64,000 nt of DNA from Octopus vulgaris (lineage: Eukaryota), in NCBI GenBank assembly GCA_951406725.2, contig OX597817.1, forward strand, positions 48,422,001 through 48,486,000, given 5' to 3'. Position 1 is the stretch's first letter, and every line of letters begins with the position of its first letter. Made by a program: the position numbers and the translations under genes. Under the pieces are notes generated by a model. It ran no database searches and was not told the origin of the DNA. It saw only the letters and a list, made by a program, of their open reading frames with translations. Below are positions 13,293 to 26,599 of the stretch, in pieces.

Positions 13293-14143
13293 ATGTATAT
13301 GTGGGTATATATATATATATATATGTATATTTATTGGTGTATATGTATAGACTAGCCTCCTAAAGTGTAGACACGAATCTGTAGGTACGAGTACGTATGT
13401 GTATATACGTGAACGTATGTAGATGTTTGTATGTATGAATATAACGCGTGCGTACGTGTATGTGTATGAGTGTACGAATGGGTGAATGTACGTGCTAATG
13501 AGTGTGCGTGCGGGAATGAGTACTTGCCTTCTAGTAGACAGACAAATGGACATGCAGCCATTGCCAGGATTCTTAGCTCTAGCGATCAAAGATAACAAAA
13601 GTAATAAATGGAGATAATAAAATTAAAATTAGGGAATGGGCCTGTATTGGATTGTATATATATATATGTATATGTATATTTGTATGTATGTATGTGTGTA
13701 TGTGTAGGTATGTATAGGTACACATGTGTATGTGTATGTGTATGTATATATGTGTGTATGTATGTATGTGCACACATGTATATATATGTATGCGTGTATA
13801 TGTTTATATATATATATGTGTACATAGGTGTATGTGGGTGTATGTATATATAGGTGTAAATATGTGTATATAGGGAACTGGGTGTGTTGTGTGTGCATGA
13901 GTGTATGTGCATATGAATATATATTTTTATGTGTATATATGTATGTGTGGTCGTGGGTATATATATATATATATATACATGTGTGTATGCGTGCATGCAT
14001 GGGAGTGAGTGTATGCATATATACGTGTGTGTATGTGTAGACAGGTATAGGCATGTGCATGTGTATAAATTTGTATATGTGGGCGGGTGTATGTATGTGT
14101 GTATGTAGATATGTATGTATGTGTGTATATATGTATATGTATA

Positions 14144-14182
<39 letters not shown>

Positions 14183-14523
14183 ATATATATGTGTATGTAT
14201 GTATGTGTGTGTAGATACGTATACATGTGTGTATAGGTATAAGTGAGAATCTCCTTATTTACCTATAACTCTATCCCCCCTTTTTTTTATATATATATTT
14301 TTTTATATATATATTTTTATATATATATATTTTTTTATATATATTTTTTATTTTTTTATTTTTTTATTTTTTTATTTATCTATTCTTTCATCTAACTTAC
14401 CACTGACTCCTTGACCACTCCCCAAGTATGATATTTTGCGCTATGCCTACCCCCAAAAGTCCCCCACCACCACTCCTTTAAACCTGCCTAAATGTATAAA
14501 TGCTAATACAATTCTTGTTAAAT

Positions 14524-14574
14524 AGCTTCCTGAAGATTTCTCTTGAATGAAACAGTACTAGTCCTGTAGAAGCT
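14524..14574 (+). ncRNA. Type I hammerhead ribozyme motif
   Basis: agcttc-CTGAAGA-t ttc tctt gaa t-GAAA-cag tactagtc ctg-TA-gaagct: stems I and III pair, stem II has a U.U closing mismatch, GUA cleavage triplet. Confidence 0.75.
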
Positions 14575-14612
14575 CCTTCTATATAATAAATATATATATA
14601 TATATATATATG

Positions 14613-14745
<133 letters not shown>

Positions 14746-15967
14746 ATGTTTGTGTGTCTGTGTTTATGCCCCCACGATGGTGGTGTGTTTACATCCCTGT
14801 AACTTAGCGGTTCAGCAAAAGAGACCGAATAAGAGAAGAATAAGTCCTGGGATCGATTTACTCAACTAAAGGTGGTGCTCCAGCATGGCCACAGTCAAAT
14901 GACTGAAACAAGTAAAAGAGAGTACTACGGTTGCTATACTCAATTCTTCCGCCCTGAAAATTGCTGGTCTATGCTAAAGTTAGAAATTATTTGAAACTGG
15001 TATAAATCTTGAGAAAGTATCTCTTTTAGACATATAGTGTTAAAAACATAGAAAAATATCAGCAGCTGGTGAAGTTCATCAGCATTAGTGGTGGAATTGC
15101 TGGATCTGGTCAGCTTCTTCAGCAGCAGATTTGCTGCTTAGAAAGAATATGAAGGGAAGTGTAGAAGATGATGGGGCACTGTGTGGCCATGTTAATGATA
15201 ACACCTGGTGAGGAATTGTTTGTTCCTTATGCCTAGCCCATAAGGGCCGGTTTGCTGGTTTCGTTGGCATATAAGTTCCCCACCTTGACGGGACGCCGGT
15301 CCATCACAGATAAGTTGCTAGATGCAGGAGGAAAGAGTGAGAGAAAGTTGTGGTGAAAGAGTCAGCAAAAGTTCGCCATTAGCTTCTGCCGGAGCCGCGT
15401 GGAGCTTAGGTTTTTTCGCTCATAAACACACACATCGCCCGGTCTGAGATTCGAACCCACGATCCCTCGACCACGAGTCTGCTGCTCTAACCACTAGGCC
15501 ATGTGCCTCCACTACCTGGTGAGGAATGCCTAGTGATAACCCTTGTGGCAGGACAAACTCTATAAAAGGTCCCAATGAGATAAGAAATAATATTAAACTG
15601 GGTAGTGTAATGTACCAACTCCCTTCTGTCAACTAAAAGATAGGGGCTCTCTATACCCCACATAACAGGATGAAATTAGGCAATGCAGCATCAGTCAAAT
15701 GATGTTCCATGACCAGATAAGAGCATATCAATGATGCACATTAATAATTTCTTGTGTGAATATATTAATTGATAAATCGTTTTAGGGGTGAAAGTTGGTC
15801 TGTGTTTAGCAGCTATCAGTGAATTTTCTGCACAGGATATTATTGATGTTTTGTAAACAACTTGCACATGTGTGTGCTGCCAGTTGAGTGCACCACATAC
15901 TGCCTACCCCAGGTAAATAAAAATAAAAACAGGCAAAAATACAAAAGTAATTAACTGTAATACTTAC

Positions 15968-16000
15968 AACTAATTCTTCTAAATTATTTTTACCCATTTC
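15968..16000 (-). CDS. ACSL: ACSL coding exon 7 (33 nt; EMGKNNLEELV)
   Basis: ttattttcag / gtaagt; corresponds to the short xLGxxN exon of vertebrate ACSLs. Confidence 0.88.
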
Positions 16001-16052
16001 CTGAAAATAAATAAAGTTGAAATAATGAAATATGAAAGTCAAAGATATAGAA

Positions 16053-16089
<37 letters not shown>

Positions 16090-16428
16090 TTAGGAAATAT
16101 TAGGAGTACTGGAATTGGTTTTAATCAACTGTGACTCCTAACCCTAAAATATGTGAAATTGTACTGAAAATATTAATTTGAAGACTTAGGTGTTTGTCTT
16201 GTCTGATAGAATTGTTTTGTGTACAATGATCTTTTTTCAATTAAGTTGTTTCAGTCATTAGACTGTGGCCATGCTGGGGCACTAACCAGAAGAATTTTAG
16301 CTGAATGAATCAACCCCAGTCCTTAATATTTTAAAGCCTGCTACTTGTTCTATCAATCTCTTTTGCTGGACTGCAAAGCTACGGGGATATAAACACACCA
16401 ACACTGGCTGTCAATTGTTGGGGGAGTA

Positions 16429-16459
<31 letters not shown>

Positions 16460-17350
16460 GATGGGTTCCTTTCAGTTTCTGTTTACCAAATCCATTCTCA
16501 AAGCTTTGGTCAGCCTGAGGCTACACCTGAAGACACTTGCCCAATGTTCCACAAAGTGGGGTTGAACCTAGAACCTTTTGGTTGGGAAGCAAGCTTCTTA
16601 ATTCTTTATTGCCCACAAGGGGCTAAACATAGAGGGGGCAAACAAGGACAGACATAGGTATTAAGTCAACTACATCGACCCCAGTGCATAACTGTTACTT
16701 AATTTATTGACCCTGAAAGGATGAAAGGCAAAGTTGACCTTGGCGGAATTTGAACTCAGAACATAAAGACAGACGAAATACCTACTTCTTTACTATCTAC
16801 AAGGAGCTAAATACTGAAGGGACAAACAAGGACAGACAAATGGATTAAGTCGATTATATCGACCCCAGTGTGTAACTGGTACTTATTTAATCAACCCCAA
16901 AAGGATGAAAGGCAAAGTTGACCTCGGCGGAATTTGAACTCAGAATGTAAAGAGAGAAGAAATACTGCTAAGCATTCTCACCAAGTGCGCTAACATTTCT
17001 GCCAGCTCACCGCCTTTATTGACCAATACCAGAATAGTATACTGACCAAACTATTCTGTCTGACCTGATCTGGCCTCTCACACTGACCCTAAAAAATCAT
17101 TCTAAAAATAAACACTGACATCATCAATATCTCAATGTTATGAGATAATGCATAATCAATTCAAAACAATGTGAATGAAAAAGCATTACATTTGACGGAG
17201 TAATTAGAATGTTATTTGGTTGCATTAAAATAGTATCCAGCATTCTGAGGAAATTCTTATGCTCTTCTTACACCACAAATATTTCTATTTTAGAGAGGGC
17301 AAAATTTGAAAAGTTTTCTGTGTCATAAGGTTGTCAAAAAATTCAGCTGC

Positions 17351-17510
17351 AAACTAAACTGCTGTGACTAATTGCACTTTATGCAACTGTCATTTCATGC
17401 TAGCTAATAAAACTATCTAACAGTGGATTCAAACTAAACTGCTGTGACTAATTGCACTTTATGCAACTGTCCTTTCATGCTAGCTAATAAAACTACCTAA
17501 CAGTGGATTC
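17351..17510. repeat. 80-bp tandem duplication
   Basis: aaactaaactgctgtgac...cagtggattc twice, 2 mismatches. Confidence 0.95.
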
Positions 17511-17530
17511 ACCTGACAGTAACAATCTAC

Positions 17531-17948
17531 AGATCTTTTCGGTTTGAACGGCAGTTTTTAACATAATTTCTAGGTAACTAAACACTTTCAAATTTTGTAT
17601 ACTGGTAGAATGTGTTTATAAAACATCTTTTTCTCTTGGCTTTATTGTGAAAATTCTATAGTTTGTAAGATATTTGTTGTTTTTTTACTTCAATTTCTGC
17701 AATGTCAACCAATCAATGACGTCTATTGAGGTGAAAACATTCTGTGCCGTATGAATATGTCCCTCATTTAAGAAACAGATTGGGTTTATTTACATTTGTG
17801 AAGAAAAAAAGATACCCTTCCCCACCCCTAACCAACCCTAACCCTAAAAGAGATTGAAATGCAATAGATCGATACTAGGGTCATAATTATGGGTGACAAT
17901 TTCATATGACACCGCTAGAAAAAACTGCCATTCAAACTGAAAAGATCC
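17531..17948. mobile_element. Same MITE group; TSD caatctac/cgatctac; internal (CCCTAA)n
   Basis: TIR agatcttttcggtttgaacgg / ccattcaaactgaaaagatcc. Confidence 0.85.
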
Positions 17949-18000
17949 CGATCTACTAATAAAGATAACAAGTAAATAACTATAACTAAACTGCAAATAT

Positions 18001-18320
18001 GGAAGCACAATGGCCCAGTGGTTAGAGTAGCGGATTCGTGGTCAGAGGATCACGGTTTCGATTCCCAGACCGGGCGTTGTGTGTGTCTATTGAGCGAAAA
18101 CACCTAAAAGCTCCACGAGGCTCCGGCAGGGGGTGGAGGCGGCCCCTGTTGAACTCTTTCGCCCCAACTTTCTCTCACTCTTTCTTCCTGTTTCTTGGGT
18201 AACGCTGCGATGGACCGGCATCCTGTCCAGCTGCGGGGAACACATACGCCACAGAAACCGGGAAACCAGGCCCATGAGCCTGGCTAGGCTTGAAAAGGGT
18301 GTATAAATAAATAAAAAAAA
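18001..18320 (+). mobile_element. tRNA-derived SINE family C (ggaggcgcaatggcccagtggttagggcagcggactcg head). Other copies: 8557-8852, 22382-22728, 34502-34795, 15220-15512(-), 20600-20900(-), 59925-60203(-), 60350-60627(-)
   Basis: tRNA-like A/B boxes, shared body gaaaacacctaaagctccacgaggctccggcag. Confidence 0.88.
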
Positions 18321-20014
18321 AACAGCAAATAATCAGTCATGTGTTAATTTACCTCTACTGATTGACTAATTAATATTTGAAAATATCTTTTATATTATTT
18401 ACTGTATAAACCTTGTAAGTTTACTGACATATTTTAAGTGATATTGTATTTCTAGAGGTAATCAGACAAAAACCATCATGCTATATGATTTTACAATTTC
18501 AACAAAATTGTTTTTCATTAAGTACCATCAAGAACATAAGAAATATCTTTTATGTTGATTCACTAATATTTTTTATACAGGTAAAACTACCATGTAAACA
18601 AGGGTGAGCACCTGAGTGTAAAATGTTCATGGTACTGTGTAATTTCGCTCTATGGTTTTATTAGAGTGTGGAAATATTTTCATTCATCTCAAATTGTTTG
18701 AAGATAAAAATGTATATAGCCACCCAGACTTCTATTTCCACCCACCAAACATCAGTTTGGTTGATTGTGTGATTAGCTAATTGATCTAATTAGAAAATAC
18801 AAAATGACAAATGATCTTAATACATAAATTAGGAGGTAATCTTCAAGGCCTACTTAGGAAACGGAGCAGAAATCCACCCATGCAGGTGTGTCTGTGTGGT
18901 AAGAAGTTTGCTTCTGTGTGGTAAGGCAGCGAGCTGGCAGAAATGTTAGCACACTGGGTGAAATACTTAGAGGTATTTCATCTGTCTTTACGTTCTGAGT
19001 TCAAATTCCGCCAAGGTCGATTTTGTCTTTCATCCTTTCGGGGTCGATTAAATAAGTACCAGTTATGGACTGGGGTCGATGTAATCTACTTAATCCATTT
19101 GTATGCCCTTGTTTGTCCCCTCTGTGTTTAGCCCTTTGTGGGTAGTAAAGAAATAAGTATTTCGTCTGTCATTACATTCTGAGTTCAAATTCCGCCGAGG
19201 TCGACTTTGTCTTTCATCCTTTCGGGGTCGATTAAATAAGTACCAGTTATGCACTGGGGTCAATGTAATCTACTTAATCCCTTTGGGCAATAAAGAAATA
19301 AGAATAGTTTGCTTAAATGCTAGAGTGTTAAATCTGAAGAAATATGACATGTATTTCAGTGCCCCAAATTTTCAGTTCCCCCCTCTGCCAGGAGTAGAAG
19401 TCATTAATAATGTATCTGAGCAAGTTTCATTATTTAGTGTCTGTTTTTCATAGGTTGGATGGCTTCACAGGAACTGTCACAGCCAGGGCCCACACCAGGC
19501 ACCGCTGTCTGTTTTTGGAACGCAGTGTAAATAACGGACAGAGTCAAGACTATTGAAAAAGTTGCAAGATGCAACGAAAATTTTAGGTAAATAAAAATAA
19601 GAAATAAGTGAAAATTTTACCGGTGAGTGTGTTACATTATAAGGCATAAAAAGAAAATGACTCTCCCCAGACACAACAGAATTTAACTACTAAATTGTAT
19701 GATAAAAGCAACCATAACAGCTATGACAAAAGAATAAAGCATTATATGGAAATACATAATTATATATTACAGAGATGTACTTGCATAGCAAGTGACCTGA
19801 TCTGAGATCGTGTGCTGGAACGAAAACAATTGCAGCGTGGAAGGTGTTTTTAAGCCATTTAAGAAACACACAAAAGCCATTATTTTGACAAATTAAATTT
19901 AAATGTTGAAATGAATCTAATGGTTTTTGTGTGTTCCTTAAATGGCTTATAAACACCTTCCATGCTGCAATTGTTTTCACAATTATATAAAAGTCATTCA
20001 AAGCTTTTACTTAC

Positions 20015-20187
20015 TTGGACTGCATCCAGAGAAACTATTTTTACGTTTCTCTCCTTTTCGACATTAGTGAAGTCGTCTCCAGGGTGATCCACAAGAACTA
20101 TGGTCTTCAAATTCTCATAAGAACTTTTTGTACTGAACAACTTGTCCATTTTACTGACATTGTCACATATTAGAACTTTACTTTCCG
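20015..20187 (-). CDS. ACSL: ACSL coding exon 6 (173 nt; ESKVLICDNVSKMDKLF...LKTIVLVD...KIVSLDAVQ)
   Basis: ctttttcag / gtaagt; open frame, phase 1 to 0; LKxIV motif. Confidence 0.92.
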
Positions 20188-21765
20188 CTGAAAAAGAATG
20201 AATATCAATATTAATGGTTTGTGGAACTCATTTGTTTTCACTTAATTATTAAACCTACATATATTTCTAATTATGTATTTTGAAAATTTTTTTTTTTTTT
20301 TAGGCTTGGCTGTGTGGTTAAGTAGCCTGCTTCTCAAGCCCATGGTTTCAGGTTCATTCACACTGTGTGGCATCTTTGTCAAGTGTCTTCTACAATAGAC
20401 CCAAGCGACCTATGCTGTGTGAGTGAATTTGATAGATCAAGCGACCTATGCTTTGGGAGTGAATTTGATAGATGGAAACTGCATGGAAGCTCATCATATA
20501 TGTAAAAGGATGATGGATAAAGCTGATTCATGAGGAATAGAGACTCACAGGGCTGGTTTCCTGGTGGTCTGTGGCATATGTATCCCCTACTGGACAAAAT
20601 TTTTGTTCCTTCTCAGCCATGCCTGGCTCATAAGGGCCGGTTTCCCAGTTTCCTTGGCGTATAGGTTCCCCACCTGGACAGGATGCCAGTCCATCGCAGG
20701 TGAGCTGCAAGATGCAGGAGGAAAGAGTGAGAGAAAGTTGTGGCAAAAATGTCAGCAGAAGTTTGCCACTACCTTCTGCTGGAGCCGTGTGGAGCTTAGG
20801 TGTTTCGCTCATAAACACATACATCACTCGGCCTGAGATTCGAACCCGTGATCCCTCGACTGCAAGTCTGCTGCTCTAACCACTAGGCCATGTACGTCTC
20901 CTGGACAAAATGCCAAACCATTGCAGAGTTACTCATTTTTGCCAGCTGAGAGGACTGGCGCAACATGGAATGAAGTGTTTTGCTCAAGAACATAAAACAT
21001 TGCCTGGTCCAGGAATTGAAACCACAATCTTATGAACATGAATCCAACACTCTAACCACTAAGCTACATGTTTCCATTGTCATATACATGACACATCCTA
21101 TCCCTACTTAACAAAAGGGACACACCTAAAAATGCACACCTTGCTACAAAGTTCTACGTACATGAATAAATTCTAAACAATGGCATAACCCCAAATTTAA
21201 TCAATAAAAATTTCTTCAAAACACCACTCCATAACAAAATACCCCAAAACATAAATTACCACTCCGCTTAAATCCATGCACCCGATGAAGACTTTAATCC
21301 AACAGAAACTATATAAAGCCAAGATTAACTTCAATGCGTCACATTCTGATGATGGCTTAACTGGTTGAAACTTTGAAGTCACTATCAATAATAATCTTAT
21401 TTAAGAATAATTAATTTGTACTCTACAAAAGTATAGAGTAAGCTATCAGATATTAAGGTAAAATTGCTTATATTATAACTGAACATAAAAATAAACACAC
21501 ACACACACATACAGGGTGCAATGGGTAAACTGTTGTGATTTTATATTTTTAATTTTGGGCATGTGCATTGTTTGTTTTTGATTTTGTCAACTACACAGTA
21601 TAGTAGGGTCAGTTGGGTACCGTCTGTGAGAAAAACAGCAGCATGACAGAATTCACTCTGCTAGAAATTTGGAAAGATAAATATACACACATACATACAC
21701 ACACACATGTATACATACAAACATACACTTTATATCAAATTCAGAATAAAGGAATTAGCAGATAC

Positions 21766-21865
21766 TTTGTTCGATGACGTAGGATGAAGCTTCAGCACTT
21801 ATTGTGTCATAGAGACCCGCAAGGACCACTGTGTACATTGCACAAGCCAGGTCAATGAGTGTCCA
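21766..21865 (-). CDS. ACSL: ACSL coding exon 5 (100 nt; WTLIDLACAMYTVVLAGLYDTISAEASSYVIEQ-T)
   Basis: ctttcag / gtatct; LYDT motif; partly visible in ORF 21755..21946. Confidence 0.93.
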
Positions 21866-24356
21866 CTGAAAGCAGAAATAAACAGGTTCAAATGTTATCA
21901 GATGAAATAGAACCATAAACAGTAGACATGTGTTTATTTTATTCACTAGACAATAGACTTAAGTATGACATGGTTATGTAGTATTTGAAGACAAGTTTTT
22001 ATATAAACTATAAATGCACACTAAGAAAGAGAAAGAAGATATGAAAATATATTGAGGCTTACATCTACCAGCCGTAGAAATATTTATATATGATGTCTTC
22101 AACAAAAAATAGTCACATGGGAATTACATGTGGAAACACGACAGAAAAGAGAAAATAGAAAAAAAAAACATGTAATGTGTCCTACTTTTTATGTTTAGAA
22201 ATTTTGTTAAAAACAGAACAGGATGAGGTTTGGTAAATTGTCGTCAGTTTAGTTTAAAAAGAAATATTTAATTAGTTTAAAAACTAAGAAATCTAAGCAT
22301 AACAAATATGGAACCATCATCACCACCACCACTACCACAGCTGCTGCCTCTGCCACCACCATCACAACTATCATTTTCAGTGGAGGCGCAATGGCCCAAT
22401 GGTTAGGGCAGCGGACTTGCGGTCGGAGGATCGCGGTTTCGATTCCCAGACCGGGCATTGTGTGTGTTTATTGAGTGAAAATGCCTAAAGCTCCACGAGG
22501 CTCCAGCAGGGGGTGGTGGAAACCCCTATTGTACTCTTTTGCTCCAACTTTCTCTCACTCTTTCTTCCTGTTTATTGTCCCCGACTTCCTACGCAACCGC
22601 TGAGCCTGGATGCTCTCGGTCTCGGGGGTTGACCTGCTTTCTCTTCTGCGGGTTTTACGAATAGCAAAGGACCACGTTTCGAACTTCTAGGACGAAGACC
22701 GCTTCACTCAACAAACAAACAAACAAACTACCATTATCAACATCATTACCATCTAAAATCTGTGTTCGTGCTGGCATGGGTTGGATTGTTTGACACGATT
22801 TGACCGACCTGAGGGCAGTGTTGGTCTCCATTGCTTTCGCGTGGTTTCTCTGGCTTGATGCCTTTCCTAACTCCAACCACTTTACTCAACGTACTGGTTG
22901 CTTCTTTCTGTGACACCAGCACTTCAGGGTCACCAAGTAGTAGGCAAAATAAGACCCTTTCACAAAATAGGGGAGCAGTATTCAGCGGAGTGACATTGTA
23001 CGAGATGTAGAGAGGATAAAGTAGGAAAACCGGACGAGAGCATATACTTTGCTGTAGAGCAGATACTTGGATGCATCATCATCCACATCAACATCATCAT
23101 CATCATTTAACGTCTGTTTTCCATGCTGGCATGGGTTGGACGATTTGACAAGAGATGCCCAGGTTCCATGTATGCTTTGACATGGTTTTTACAGCTGGAT
23201 GCTCTTCCTAACACCAACCACCTTACTGAGTGTACTGGGTGCTTTTTTATGCAGCACTGACATGAGTGTGTTTACATACCGCTGGTAGGGGTGCTTTTTA
23301 TGTGGCACCAACACCTGAGAGCCCACAAGATTAGGGATGCTTAGCTGAGAAGGGATGTAGGGCACATGCCTGTATGTAAGGACAACCATGCTTTTGTTTA
23401 GCTTGATGTGTCTCGTCAAGCACCGTAAAAACCACCAGGAGTTTCACTCCCCTGCCATCCCCTATGTGTGTCCACTACCCTTGAGGTACAAGAAGGTGTG
23501 TAGTGGAAGAATAAGGGAGGTTGGTTCAGAGAATTGAGGATGGCTAGGTGGGGGAGGTAGAAGGATGAAATAAAGTGTGAGGTAGACAAGATGTGCAGTG
23601 ATAGAGTTCATGTGTACATAGGGATAGATATAATCTTTTCTACTCCAGGCACAAGGCCTGAAATTTTGGGGGAGGGGACCAGTCGATTAGATCGACCCCA
23701 GTATGCAACTGGTACTTAATTTATCGACCCCGAAAGAATGAAAGGCAAAGTCAACCTCAACAGAATTTGAACTCAGAATGTAAAGACAGACAAAATACCA
23801 CTAAGCATTTTGCCCAGCATGCTAACGTTTCTGCCAGCTTGCTGCCTTATAGGGATAGATATAATAATAAAAATCATCATCATCATTTAACGTCCGTTTT
23901 CCATGCTAGCATGTGTTGGACGGTTCGACTGGGATCTGGGAAGCCAGAAGGCTTCACCAGACTCCAGTCTGATCTGGTAGTGTTTCTGCAGCTGGATGCC
24001 CTTCCTAACGCCAATCACTCTGTGAGTGTAGTGGGTGCTTTTTACATGCCACCAGCACAGGTGCTAGGGGATATTGACAGTGGCCATGATCGGTTGGTGC
24101 TTTTTACGTGCCACCAGCACAGAAGCCAGTCAAGGAGGCGCTGGCATCGGCCATGTTCGGATCGTGCCTTTTACATGCCACCAGCACGGGTATCACAACT
24201 ACAATTTCCATTTAATATTTATTTTGATGTCGATGTACTTGACTCAATAGGTCTCCTCAAGCACAGCAGGTCACCCTACGATCCAAGGTAAGCACAGCGT
24301 GTTACAATAAAGGGGGCATCAGTAGCAATGAAGGGAGAGTAAAAATGACTTATTAC

Positions 24357-24458
24357 CTCAATTCTGTTTTTGCAGTATATACTGATAATTTCTTCAACAC
24401 CGGCTTTCACTCCTAACTGCAACAATCCACTTCCAATTTCATGGGCTCTGTCATAAGC
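24357..24458 (-). CDS. ACSL: ACSL coding exon 4 (102 nt; AYDRAHEIGSGLLQLGVKAGVEEIISIYCKNRIE)
   Basis: cctccag / gtaata; GSGL and NRxE motifs. Confidence 0.93.
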
Positions 24459-24544
24459 CTGGAGGATATTGGAGAGAGAGAGAAAGAAGAAAGAATAAAA
24501 TAAGTGAAACTCTTATTGGTTTCACTTGCATTTTGAAAGGTTTA

Positions 24545-25402
24545 TAGAAGGAGAAGATGAAGGGTGTTAGGAGAGTAAGTAGAAGAAGGAGAGACGGTTT
24601 GGTTAGAAGAAGGGGAGGTAGAGGAAGAGGAGGAGAAGAAGAAAAGAAGAAGGGTATTAGAAAAGAAAGTAGGAGAAACAGTTTGATTAGAAGGAAGAAG
24701 AGGAAGAGAAAAGGAGAAGAAGGAGAAGGAGGAGGAGATGAAGGATGTTAGAAAAGAAAGTAGGAGGAGAGATAGTTTGATTAGAAGATGAAAGAGGAGG
24801 AGGAAGAGGAGAAGATGGAAGAAGAGAAGAAGGAAGAGGAAGAGATGAAGAGTGTTAGAAAAAGAAAGTAGGAGAAACAGTTTGATTAGATGAAGAAGGA
24901 GGAGAGATGAAAGGTGTTAGAAAAGAAATGAGGAGAAACAGCTTGATTAAAAGGAGAAGAAAAAAGAGGTGGAAGAGGAAAAGTAAGGGAAGCAGAGGAG
25001 AGGAAGAAGAAGAGAAAGACGGGGAGGAGAAGAGCAAGATGAAGAAGGAGAAGAAGAAGGAGAAGAAAGAGAAGGAGAAGAAGGAGAAGAAGAAGAAGAA
25101 AAAGAAGAAAGAGAAGAAAAAGAAGAAGAAAAAGACGAAAAAGAAGAAGGAGAAAAGAAGAAAAAGAAGAAAAAGAAGAAGAAGAAAAAGAAGGAGAAGA
25201 AGAAGAAAAAGAAGAAGGAGAAGAAGAAAAGAAGAAGACGAAGAAGAAGAAAAAGAAGAAAAAGAAAAAGAAGACGAAGAAGAAAAAGAAGAAGAAGAAA
25301 AAGAAAAAGAAGAAGAAAAGAAGAAGAAAAAGAAGACGAAGAAGAAGAAAAAGAAGAAGAAGAAAAAGAAGAAAAAAAGAAAAAGAAGAAGAAGAAGAAG
25401 AA
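24545..25402. repeat. Polypurine / (GAA)n tract
   Basis: Direct inspection. Confidence 0.97.
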
Positions 25403-25503
25403 ATATGTATGATTCTATTATATCAATAATTTGAGTAAATCATTTTATATTCATTTTTTGTTTTTTTTGAGAAAAATTAATGGTAAAGCATAAAAGTGCC
25501 TAC

Positions 25504-25571
25504 CTCTTGATAAGTTATCCATTCATATGCGCCATTTGGACCACTTCGTTTACCCAGGAATGGTTTATTGC
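25504..25571 (-). CDS. ACSL: ACSL coding exon 3 (68 nt; NKPFLGKRSGPNGAYEWITYQE)
   Basis: ttctacag / gtaggc; matches ACSL NGPCLGxR...YEWLSY. Confidence 0.93.
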
Positions 25572-26599
25572 CTGTAGAATATAGAAATGTTGAGAAGTTT
25601 TAAATACCTCATGTGCTGCAATTCATGTAAAGTTGTATATGTGGAATTTTTTTTCTAGTAATCAAATAAATATAATTATACAAATCTGCACGTGCACTGA
25701 CTCCAAATACTAGAGACATACGCTCAGATATGCACTAATACCCTGTTTCTTTACTACCCACAAGGGGCTAAACACAGAGGGGACAAACAAGGACAGACAA
25801 GCGGATTAAGTCGATTATATCGACCCCAGTGCGTAACTGGTACTTAATTTATCGACCCCGAAAAGATGAAAGGCAAAGTCGACCTCGGCGGGATTTGAAC
25901 CCAGAACGTAACGGCAGACGAAATACGGCTACGCATTTCGCCCGGCGTGCTAACGTTTCTGCCAGTTCCCTGTGGTTGATGTTGAAATTCCAATGAAGGA
26001 AACTTGGATCTAGGTTAGAAACCGGTCCTTTCTCTCTTGGCAAGGAATCTTAAAATAAAACTGAGTAATTACATACATACGTGCGTACATAATACATACA
26101 GAAGTTTATCATTTAAATATGTACCAGCGTGTCTAGATATGCAACTATATGCATGAGAATACATATATGAAATATACAAATCTGCTCATACATACACACA
26201 TACATTGTGAGACCATGGGATTGCACCTAGAAAGTTACCCTCCCAGGCACAAGTCCGGGCAAGGTTGTTTGTGGAAGACCAGCAGTCACCCATGCATACC
26301 AGCCTCTCCTCTACACACTGATGTTATCCAAGGGAAAGGCAAAGGAGCCGATACAGCTTGGCACCTGTGACGTCGCAACTCATTTCTACAGCTGAGTGAA
26401 CTGGAGCAACGTGAAATAAAGTGTCTTGCTCAAGAACACAACACGCAGCCCGGTCCGGGATTCGAACTCACAACCTCACGATCGTAAGCTTGACGCTCTA
26501 ACCACTGAGCCATGCGCCTTCACACACACACACGCACGCACGCACGCACGCACGCCCCCCCCACACATACACACATACACACATACATACATACATACA

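Larger units (their letters stand above)
11598..14591. mobile_element. Penelope-like-derived fold-back element with ~1.3-kb inverted arms, inserted in the (TA)n of a SINE-A
   Basis: Arm 11667-~12972 is the reverse complement of ~13275-14591 (mirror ORFs in the track); hammerhead motif at both outer ends. Confidence 0.8.

Noticed and set aside
21755-21765. GTATCT donor as a U12-type intron
   Set aside because: Does not match GTATCCTT; a weak U2 donor is sufficient
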